Positions 40,762 through 51,732 of a DNA stretch of 64,000 bases are shown here, one piece after another (within the stretch, counting starts at the first letter, position 1; each line of letters opens with the position of its first letter). The stretch comes from Auanema rhodensis (lineage: Eukaryota; Animalia; Nematoda). The notes under the pieces were generated by a model that had not been told where the DNA came from, made no database searches, and worked only from the letters and a program-made list of their open reading frames with translations. Where the stretch lies: the NCBI GenBank assembly GCA_964057225.1, contig OZ059897.1:12400001-12464000 (forward strand). Direction: 5' to 3'. A program made the translations under genes and the position numbers.

Positions 40762-41604
40762 TTACATTGAAATTGACTTCCCAATCCATTTCGATCGATG
40801 AATAACGGTCTTGGCATCTAAATTTCATATATTTCGCATGTGAGTTAAAGTAAAAAAACTTACTTCTAACTCTTCTATCGTTCGTCCTAGCTTTCAAGAG
40901 TTCTGCTTTAAAATTTATTTCGGGTTCTAATGCTTGGCTCAAACCAGTATCTAGAGTTATTACATTGAACGAAGTTTTTCTGAATTCAAATGAGTCAATA
41001 AGTATGTATAACCAGTAGTATTACTTCGTTTGAACAACATATTGCCCCTTAGTCGTCTTTTTTCTCTTAATTTTACGAGCCTTTTTCTTCTCCGCCTTCA
41101 ACTCTTCTTCTTTTTGTTTTTTTTCTTGCACCTGAAGTAATGCTTCGTAAGTTGAACATATATAAATATAGAAAACAAACCTGCTCAAACAAACTTAATT
41201 CAGGTTCCTCATCTTCAACAAGCATCATATCAGGTCCATTTTTCTGAGGTTTTTTCGAAGTAACCTGAAAAGAAAAAAATCAACTTCGGCCAAACAACGT
41301 CAAATATTTCTGTCGTGTCGTGATATAATTAGTGCAAACAGAATGTTCATGCACAAAAAAGAAGAGCGCAACTAACGCTGCCAAATAATGTCATAAGCCA
41401 GAACGACGGAATAAAAAATATATAGATATCTAACCTCAACAGGAGCATCGTCATCAGAACCTGAACCTTCTTCTAAGTCTTCATCATGAAAAGCTGGTAA
41501 AATTGGTTGTTCAAGGGAATCACGCTTGCTAGCTTTACCAGTTCTAGTTCGGACTAGAATGAAATGAAATAATAAAATTTAAAACAAAAAAAAAACAAAC
41601 CCAT
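40762..41604 (-). CDS. Small charged nuclear protein, NOL7/Bud21-like (tentative)
   Basis: 6 exons (the first contributes only ATGG): MVRTRTGK...GSGSDDDAPVEVT...KAEKKKARKIKRKK...FNVITL...NFKAELL...RSKWIGKSISM*. The gene model is solid; the family call rests on the SDDDAPxEV motif plus Lys-rich helix. Confidence 0.8.
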
Positions 41605-42020
41605 TTTTCTATAAATTTCAATCTGCAGAAAAACAATAAATAGACGTAAACTTACGTTATATTAAGCATGTACGCAAAAATTGAAATAATAGCGTGTAAA
41701 ATGAAATAAAAATCAGGAATTAGACAGATAAATCCCTGGTGAAAAAAATATTTATAATAAGTTATAACCTTTTAGAATTGTAACAGTGAAAGCATCTGGG
41801 TCAGATGTACATTAAAAGTTAAAAGTTTTAAATCAAAATATCTTTGAAGAGCGAGAGTAAAGAAGGAAGGTAATTGCTCATTCATAATTCTATCTTGTTC
41901 TATTGTATGTATATGTAAATGAATATAAGTATAAAATACAAAACTTTATAGAAATGATAAAAAACAATTCAGTTGTTAAAGCATTTCACAGGCTTTATTA
42001 CAAAGTGATTTCATAAAAAA

Positions 42021-42541
42021 CTATGGATTTAACTTCCCTTTCGCGGAATTCTCGACCAATGTGCACAAATTTTCTAATTCAGATAATTGTTGCTTCTTCT
42101 TGAAATATCAAATCGATAGATGGATAATTCATAAAAAATCTTACGTTATGAACAAATTCTGCAACTTTATCAATTTCTTTGAAGATTGACTCAAATTGGT
42201 AAAGCTTTGATTCTATTGATGTAGCAGCTTCTTTTGCCTGAAATTATTCATAGCACAATAGAAATTAATCCGGCATACGGTAGCAATTTCCGAATCAGAT
42301 ATCTGTTTTAAGGTACGTAGTTCTTCTAAGGATGCCGCACAGCGTTCCAATAAATCGCCTAATGCTGTTGTTGAAACTGCACTCTATGTAAAATACTTCA
42401 TAAGTACGGGTAAAACGCCTGACCACTTACAACTTGACCTAGCTGCTGACAAGCAGAAGAGAGATTTTCCACGAGCTGGCTGACTTCGTGCTGAAGTTCT
42501 CCTGGAGTTAATACCTCCTCGGTATCGTCAATTGTTTTCAT
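42021..42541 (-). CDS. blos-4: BLOC-1 subunit 4 (cappuccino)-like
   Basis: 4 exons, ~120 aa helical protein. LERCAASLEELRTL and FESIFKEIDKVAEFV match recalled BLOS-4/cappuccino blocks (CL..LEE, IF..ID.L..FV). Confidence 0.75.
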
Positions 42542-43063
42542 AAGTTATTATCTTTTTTTAAACCAAATCAGCCAACTAGGATAACAATAAAATAGTAGTA
42601 ATATTAAAAATATTTTGGATTTTTTAGAAACTCAGAAATTCTTTAAAAATACGCGCTTTTGCGTTGCTAATTGCGGTTCTTATACAGTTTGTTCGTGAAA
42701 AATCAATTCTGCCAAAGTTAAATATTTGAAAGGCTGTGGAACTTCAGAACATTCAGGTTATACAAAGAATAATTTATTATAAATATGAGTATTATACATA
42801 ACAATGATTCTACAAAAACCAGAACTAAATACAACTGAATTTTTGGAGTTTCCATGAGAAATGATTGCCCGTATCAATATAATGAGAACAATGAGGGCTT
42901 AATGCAAAATACAATGTATAAATCTGCTAAATTAAGAGAGCCTTATAAGGCAATATTGAGAGCATATGATATGAACGAAAGGCACAGATGTAGGCTGATT
43001 CAAGCCAATTATCACTTAAGGTATTAAGATGTTTCAATTCTGTTCTGAGAATGATGAGGGTGT

Positions 43064-44941
43064 TCAGTTTTCGTCATTACTTTCTGTTAAAAGGCCATTA
43101 GGAGATGAGCAGTTAGAATGTTCATCTTGTTTGTAATCTGATTCTTCTTTTATTCTTATGGATGGATTATCTTCAATCATCTGTTCGTTTTCCTTTTCAG
43201 TCAAATCTGTTTGAGCTACAGGTAAATTTAAACCATTGCCTATCATTATTTGAAGCATTTTTGCTGGATCATGAGGTTGTTCCTGATTTCCATTTGCTAA
43301 CTTTAATATAATTTGATTAATTAACATGTAATATTACAAAGCTTAATACCTGCATTACCATACGGAGAAAATCTTCAGATGTTGGTGGTGGTGATTGGGA
43401 TGTGGGTGGATTCTGAGATCCTGAATTCGATAAATTCATTTGGCTGCCTTGTAATCCTGGCATCTAGAAATAAATTCGAAATAATTTAATTATGTATTGT
43501 TAGATCAAACCTGTTCTTGGAGTTTTCGCATTTCTGATAAGTTTTTGACCCTTCTTAGGTATGCAATACGGTTATCAACCTGACGACTCAACCTAGGATT
43601 ATGTGGAAGGCCGAGACGCTTTACTTCCTCATCGAGAGCTGCTTGACGTTGGCTGTGAGCCCAATCTTCCCGAAAGGAAGTATCTACAATCTCTCTGAGT
43701 GTCCTAGAAAGTCAAAGACGTGTTGACATATTTTAATAGCTAAAATTCCGTACTTAGGTAAACCAGCGTGAGTTCCAGCGGTACCAACAGGTTCCATAGC
43801 ATGATTATGAGCTCCTTTCTCTTCTACGATGAAGAATTCATTCATACGTTTAACACGTACACGATAACGGCATTTGCTTTGAAGTCTATTCAAACATTCA
43901 TAACTAAAATATATTTGAAATTTTTGAAATTTTTGAAAATTCTTACTATTCATATCCATCTAGCTTCTTATCTTCCCTTTGTAATACATAAACTGAATAA
44001 ATTAGTGCTTCAAATTCTGCCAAATTGGTTGTTGTAAAGCATTCGTGCCAAGGCTCAAGACGATAATTCCTTAAATATGAGAAGTTAATGCCTCTACGTC
44101 AGTTGACCTCGATATAGTTTAGCCTTCACATGTTGATGGTTTGCATACAGATTTTGGCAAACAAGGTATGATTATTGCGTAATAATATTGGCTACGAAAA
44201 GGAACAAAGACCAATTGGTTTTCCTCCCGTTACAGATAATCAAAAAAAACGAAAAAAAAATCATAATATACCTTGGTTCTTTGCTCTGACCAAGAATTGG
44301 AGTGTCTGCAACTTGCTCATCACTGTTGGGGCTGTCATTTCGAGGTGATGTATTTCCGGATGAAGCTAATGTTGTCATTTCTGATGCCTATAAAGCATCG
44401 ATATTCAATTTAGCAACTAATATTGAAAAAAATTGAAGCCAAAAAACGAAATCCTTTGCTGTTATGTGACGAATTAAACTTAGAGTTTTTGATTTTCTGA
44501 ACATAGTCCAGAGACACTACACACATGTACATATATAGATGGACATACTCATATAAGACTAATTGTTTTTTAAAAATTTCGAAATTTTTTTATAGTTTTT
44601 GATAAAAAAAAGTAACTATTAGAAATCAATGAATGATTTGGAAAAGATTAAAATCGAAATAGACAAACATGTATATATATTTAATATATAAATGATAACC
44701 GATTGTAATGTTCAAGAAAACCAATGAAAATCATACCTTATTGTTATTTGCAAATAAGGGCATTCCTGATCCAAACATTTTCTGCATCAATTCTTCCATA
44801 TTTGGAACTTTTTCTGGTGACTGCTGTATGAGAGAATGCTAAATCAAATAAATCAAATAAACAATAATAATAGATAGATAGTACCTGGGCATTGGCAAGA
44901 AACTGCCCTAAGTTCACAGCAGGATCAGTTGATAAAGCCAT
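43064..44941 (-). CDS. WRKY/FLYWCH/GCM-fold zinc-finger protein, probable DNA-binding factor
   Basis: 8 exons in frame. [35 protein letters not shown] (C-x7-C-x20-H-x-H) is followed by a helical segment (LPKTLREIVD...[15 protein letters not shown]) and Q/S/P-rich low-complexity flanks. Confidence 0.82.
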
Positions 44942-46340
44942 TTAAGGACGTTCTAAGAAAATAGAATGAGATTATATGAATAAGAAAAATGATCACAAAA
45001 AACTGAACGAGTCTTCAGGTTACGTTAGAGTTTGAAAACAATGAACAACACCGGGGGTACTTCTCATAGAGCCTAGATACTGACTAGGTCAATGAGACAA
45101 AAGGAGTCAATAATGATTGAATGTGATAGTTCTTTGAATTATAGTAAGAAAAAAAGAAATGAACATATGTTAAGCTATGAGAAAAGGTGATCTACAAATA
45201 AATATATACAATTTAAAAAGAATATTAGCCAAAATTGTTATAATAGAGTAATTGAAAAGATCACATAATAAGCGGAAGTCAGTCCTATAGGTTTACTAGT
45301 GAGTTTTCATTCGTTAGGCAGGTCTAATACAATGTGTGTTCGTTTATTTCTTGTTTTGTGAATGAGAGTTGGTAGATTACGTATCAGATTTCCACATATC
45401 CCTATTATTCAACTTCTCTTATGTCCAAAAAAGTCCAAAATATAGAAAAATGTTGACGCACAAGATCGAGAAAAGAAAACATTATTGGAAAAACTTGAAA
45501 AAAAACCAAAAACGAAATTTAGTCTAGGAGGGTGGATGAGAGTACAAATATTTAAAAAAAACATAATGCAACCGCTTTGTGTGAATATCGAGAATAAGTA
45601 TGATAGAGTCATTTGAATTACACGTAAATCACGTGAAATAGGAGACTTAATGGAGAACTATGCTTGTTATTTAAAAAATTGAAAAATGTTACAAGCTTTC
45701 AAAAAAGTTAATCAACATAGCATTGATGGCAGAAGGAAGAAAACTGCACTGGAATGTCATTTCGTTCTCTTTCTTTCAGTCTTATCATCCCAAAAATGTC
45801 AGGTTCAATACAACATTCGTTTTTTCTATGTTTCTTCATGAACGCTATATGTCATGAAGTAAAAAAAGAGTAGCTTTCAAATTGTCTCTTTAACTGAAAT
45901 TTCATTTATTTGAGAAAACTGAAGATTAATTTGTAGGCAATTCTAAAAACACAGATACACATGTTCATCAGAATATCTAAACACAAAAGTATTGGTAATG
46001 TTCAAGATAATTATGAATAGCTTATATGCCTAAATCAAAATTATCAAATATTATTTTACAATTAATATCTAACTTTTCTAAATGTGATCTCTATACATTG
46101 ACTACAAGAATACAAGAAATCTACATGCACTAACATAGTTTTAGCAAATTTAAAGATCTTAAAAACAATTAAAATCAACTTCCTATTTTTAAAAAGAAAA
46201 ACTTTTAAAATACTTAAATTGGTCGATAACAAAGAAAAGGACAAAAAACAAGAATAACTCATGGTGCAAGACGGAAAAAAACTTGAAGAAAATACAAAGT
46301 AAGGTTATACTAAATGTATGCAAAAAGAGCACAGAAAATG

Positions 46341-46473
46341 AACTGTGAAAATAGGAGGAGACAACTCTTAGAAAAGGCCTAGGACACGCAAACAGGCTGA
46401 CTTTGACCCTACTCGCATATCGAAAGGGTCAAATCACACTAATACTTAGTCTCCTCCCATCTTCCTCACAATT
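46341..46473 (-). ncRNA. Candidate structured RNA element (multibranch fold), family unrecognised
   Basis: 10-bp + 12-bp closing stems and two inner hairpins, with six G.U pairs on the minus strand. Hand-folded only. Confidence 0.4.
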
Positions 46474-48647
46474 TTTCTTCGATGGACAACGAATATGCTC
46501 TTTCTTCTTTTATCTTATGTCATCAGAAAAATTTGAGATTCAAAAAATACCGCTTGTCAAGTGACCTATAGAAGACGCGAAGAGGATGATCAAAATCCAC
46601 AATAAAACGGAAGTAATTAATACAAAGAAAATACAAAAGTAAATAAAGTTTATGAAAGACAAACTAAAGTATCAAAGATATTATATAGTATGAAATGAAA
46701 ATTTTGAATGTGAACTTTCCCAATATGTTGTGTGTTTTTGTATAACAATATATAGTTATAAAACTACGGAATGACAATAAGAAAAATCAATTAAAATTTT
46801 TAGTTTGTTTCTTATTTTATTAAAAATTAATTTTTATCTTGTTAAGCATTTAATTATTAAAATCGATATATAGTATATTATAGTAAAGTATAGTAGTATA
46901 GATGAACTAGTCCGATAGCCATTTTTAATTCTTTATATAAGGATATATAAAGATTAAAATATATTTTATAAAGATGAAGATATGAAGAGTTTCTTTGAAG
47001 ATTTACTGTTTTAGCATCTGATTGAGTCACCCAAAAAAAGCTTTTAGTTCAAATAAATATAATAAATGAAGTAGAAAGTTACAATGAAAATCTGTTTCAG
47101 ATTAGGAGAAAGCAGAGGGGCGAAGAGAGATGGAATATAATCTATGTATATATCTCATTGACGTACCTATGTATATGTATATGTATGTCTATATAAGATT
47201 ATTGTTAATAAAAATGGATAAAGTCCCATTTACCGATTAAAAAATCGAAGATTTTTCTTTTTGTTCAAATTGAGTAAAGTAGAGATTAATGTTTTCTTAG
47301 AATTCATCAAAAGATACTAGAAACAATTTTAGAATTCAAACGAAAGACAGAAAATAAATTAAAATTATTTTTATAATAAGTTTTATGTAATATAAAATAA
47401 TTATAAATATTTAAAAAATATATTATAAACTATATATTCATATTTATCTTTTGAAAAAAAAGTTTATATAGTGCAGTAAACCCTTCCAATTTTCTTTTTT
47501 CTTTTGAAATATTCTGTTTTTTTATTTCAGGTATAGGTGAACTATCGAGGAAATTTAAAGAAAAAAGAACAATCTATATATGACTTGCCTATTCAAAAGT
47601 AAAATATTATTTTTTTTGATTGTAAGTAGTAGGAAGAACAACTGGAAATCGTACAAAAAAGGAAATACAAAGGAAGTTGTGGATGTGGTTTATAATATGA
47701 AATGAAATAGCTTTCTCCAACATCATATCATAAAAGCAAAGATGTATAAAGGGTGAAGAACGCATACATAAGTAATGGACTTTCGTCTGCTTGACTCCAT
47801 TTTACGTTTTATAGAAATTTCCTCTTTGCTCACTTCATTCCATTAGACATATCTTAACAAATGCCATCACATAGTTTGATCTCGAAATACCAAATGCTTA
47901 GATTTTTCAGTTATGAAACAAGGCCATAGTAAAAAGAGCAGCTATGTAGTTGGAAACGCGGAAAGAGGAAGGAAACTGATGAATATTTTTTGATTTTTTT
48001 AAGTTTGATAATGCTATATGTGCATATTAAGATTAAATGATATGAAGTCATAAGCCTATATTCATAACCCTTTGAATATATTTTTTCAGATTTAGTAAAT
48101 GAGTTCGTAGAAAACAAGAAGATTGAGCAAAAACTGCTTTAATCGTCTGATCACATTTCAAATTCTTCATCTACATATATGAATCATATTGAAGATAAAG
48201 AAGAATCAGCACAAGCTTGTCAGGTTGAAAAGAGATGTCTTAAACAACATGAATATTTCTCGTTTAGCTTGTTCTTATTCAACTAGATAAGCAGACTTTC
48301 TATCAACAAATGATGAGAAAGTGAGCTTTGTATTTAAGTATGAAGATATTACGTAATTCTATAATCGTTCACATGATTTTTAAAACAAATAATTAACAAA
48401 ATTAAAAATATAAGATTGATAAACAATAAAATAATAATTGAGGAATATATGAATATAATTAAAAAACTGTCTCTGATTATGGTATAAGAGAAGAAAAGTA
48501 TTATCCATTACCTAATCTAGGATCATATTAATAGGCTATTATGACATTCTTTAAGTATTTGCTACCAATCTCTTCACACTTTTTAATATTTTCATATTAA
48601 AAATTTATTATCTCCCCTTCTATATAATACATATAGATATATGTATA

Positions 48648-48664
48648 TGTGTGTGTGTGTGTGT
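48648..48664. repeat. (GT)n microsatellite
   Basis: Short TG dinucleotide tract. Confidence 0.8.
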
Positions 48665-48958
48665 ATGTTCATATTTTTATTTATATGTCTATCTTCTTTT
48701 CTTTATAATATGGTATAAGATGAAATGAATATTTATATTTCTAATGTTCATCTTTTCGCAGAGAGGGATTTATCAGAATCGCATATCTCACTATATCTCG
48801 GACAATAATCATTTAAGCGTATTCTCTTCTTTTCATTTCATTCTTATCTTGTTATAACTAGCCATTGTCCAGCTTATTTAGCTACCAAGCGCCTTATGGC
48901 CAAAATATCATACAGACCGGTTGCTCGCATCCGGCACGGTGGACTGCCCATCTATGGG

Positions 48959-48978
48959 TATATATAAGATATATAAAG
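48959..48978 (+). promoter_or_regulatory. Tandem TATA boxes upstream of the secreted Cys-rich gene
   Basis: TATATATAAG and TATATAAAG 35-55 nt before the ATG at 49014, directly after a GC-rich block (48885-48957). Confidence 0.55.
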
Positions 48979-49013
48979 ACTTTTGATGTCAATACTATAA
49001 TCAGTAGTTCATT

Positions 49014-49828
49014 ATGCGGTTTCTCATTGTTCTGGCAGGCTGTTTGGCTGTAGCTTTCTCTTACCATCGTAAGTTTTTTTCTATTGTATAACAAGATAAA
49101 GACATTTCAAAAGAAAACATTACTTTTGATAAAAATTAACAAATTAACTTATCTCTCTAATTACTATTTATCTTGGCTTTTAGAATATCGCGAAGTTCAT
49201 TGTACTACCCCTAGTGGAACAATTCGTGGTGGCCCCGATCGGTTAGTACTAGGACTTGTGCATGAAATAACTTGCACAACTCTGATGTTTTCATTTCTCG
49301 ATAATACCATACTCGTTAAGGGCTGAATGCAGCATGATTTTGAAGGAAGAAGAACTCGGAGATGGAAGACCAGTTCCTAAAGGTCTTGGATGCTGGAAGG
49401 TTATTTGTTTCTGTAAATTTATTATTTTTCATTTACTGTTTAGGAGGATCACGATGGCGAAGAGCGTGAGTACTGTGATATTGTTTGCCCCAACTCTCAT
49501 ACCGTATTCATTTCCTCAATTGATCAGGGACATCGTGCTTGTTTCAACTTCATCTCTTACCAAATTGAAAAGGTAAACACAATGTTTTTCTCACTTTCTT
49601 TGACGAATTCAGAATATGTTTTCATATTTTTTATTTCTTAATCAATATTAGTTTCTTACTTATATTATATAGCGTGACAACGAACATTACCTCTGGAGAA
49701 GTGGAAAATGCTTGAACTCTACCATCAACTACCGTATTGGATGCAAGTTCGATGATCCATTTGACACTCAATTCAAATCTGATAACGAAATCTTCGAGAG
49801 ACTTAGAGCTCGTGCTCGTCGTGCATAA
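49014..49828 (+). CDS. Secreted Cys-rich nematode protein of unknown function
   Basis: 5 exons: MRFLIVLAGCLAVAFS-YHQYREVHC...AEC...GLGCWKEDHDGEEREYCDIVCPNSH...RACFNFISYQIEKRDNEHYLWRSGKCLNSTINYRIGCKFDDPF...RARARRA*. Confidence 0.88.
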
Positions 49829-51710
49829 ATGCTCACGTTTTTTGTCATTTAACTTGATTATTAACTATTGTGCAATCAATAAATCTATTATTTAAGTTAA
49901 AACTATAACGATTTCATTTCTGAATATTATGAAAAGCTTATAATATTCTTATTTCTATATTATTTGAGAAGAATTTAATATTCTATACCCTTTCTTTAAA
50001 AGTAAAAAAAAAGTTTTATCAAATATAGTTCAAATACGTTACAAATTTAATCTCTTTTTAGCTTTTTTTTCCATTCATTATAAGCTTCTATCGTGTATGA
50101 ATCGTGTTCAGTATACCGTGAACCATCCTAATACCAGTTTTACTACAATTTCTACAGTTCATATACTTATACATCAACTTTCTTAGCCGAATTTTATATA
50201 TTTTTTATCAAAAAAAATCACAGTTCAATGTTCCAAGTAAATATAAAATATGATGTAATTCAATGAAATTGGCGAACATCTTATTTGATGTTCTTTGGCC
50301 AACAAAAAACATTTTTTAGTTACATCTATGTATGTACATACACATATTTGTATGTGCAAAGTTATTGGGATATCTATCTTTTTTTTATTCTTTTCAATAC
50401 ATTTTTAAATTATATATTCTTTAAATGTTTTGTAATATTTATATATTAATATATATTAAAATAAAAATAAAATATAGTATAAGAAATATATTAGATGTAA
50501 GTATTATTTACATATGTATGTATAAACACATATATACATAGTTATTATATACATATATTCTTGTTTTCTTGAGGTGTTAGTAAGCAAAGTGTGGCTGGCT
50601 TTGTTCCATCAATTCTCAGGTTTGATGATACATCATCTAAAAGTAAATTTTCTAGTTTTTTTGTATGAGAAGAAGCAGAAATATTCACATTTCTTATATA
50701 ATTAATTCACGGACAAAGAATGTGCAAAAAAAGTCTTTTCATTTATATATTTCTATTATATATTTATCATTTCTATTTAATTATATAGATAATATCTTTT
50801 ATTTCATATCACATATGTATGTATATATATATAGTAATAATAATTTAATATATTTAATAGAAAAAGCCTTGATTTTAGAATAATTTGAAAATGGTTTAAC
50901 TATGAGGGGCGTTGGCTTCTATCTTTCTTTTATTCTATTATCTATAATAGTTGATTGAAAGTCACATGGAATGATGTCAAGTAGCATCATTGACGACAGG
51001 AAGAATGGTATTGTTTTCTTAAATGCCATTATAATAGAAAATCTATCTTCTTTTTTTTTATTCTTGCCTCTTTTTTCATAAAAAACCGGTAATCGAGCTA
51101 GACTTCTTAGATAATAATGCTGAAGAGATAAAAATACGAAAAGAAAATTAAATGAAATACATTTCATACACTTCACCTCCATATACTTCCGATTTTTTTT
51201 TAGAATTTTCGCTCATCTTCATCTATATATGCAAGTATGCTGTCCTTTTTTGGATTTTTAAAATTTATTTTCTATTTATTTACTGTTGGTAACAGCTTAA
51301 CATTAAACTTATTTATTTCCTAATATTCATCTAGGTCATTGGAACTATAACGCAACAATTTTGAAAAAAATCGTCTTTTCCTAAAATCTTTTAGAACCAT
51401 GACCTTCAAATTCATGCATCCACTCAATCACTGATATATGTATGTATATCTTATTGATTTAATATTTGTTTTTTTTTAAATATTGAAATTAATGAGATTT
51501 TACACCTCGAAACTAAGTCATTTGATTTCAGTTGATCTTTTTTTAGAAATCGGAGTATGTACTATAAATCTCCGTTCATTTCTCTTAACTGATCTGTATC
51601 TTTGTTCTTTTCATTAAAATCTAATTCATTCTTATGATTGTCTTTTTGTCTTTCTCTCTATCTATCTTTGACGTTTGTCATCATCATCACCTTGATGTGG
51701 ATATTGTTAG

Positions 51711-51732
51711 CGTTGTCGTTGTCGTTGTCGTT
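51711..51732. repeat. (CGTTGT)n short tandem repeat
   Basis: cgttgtcgttgtcgttgtcgtt. Confidence 0.7.

Noticed and set aside
47531-47598. TTTCAG...GT exon-like segment
   Set aside because: Stops in all three frames and no partner exons found.
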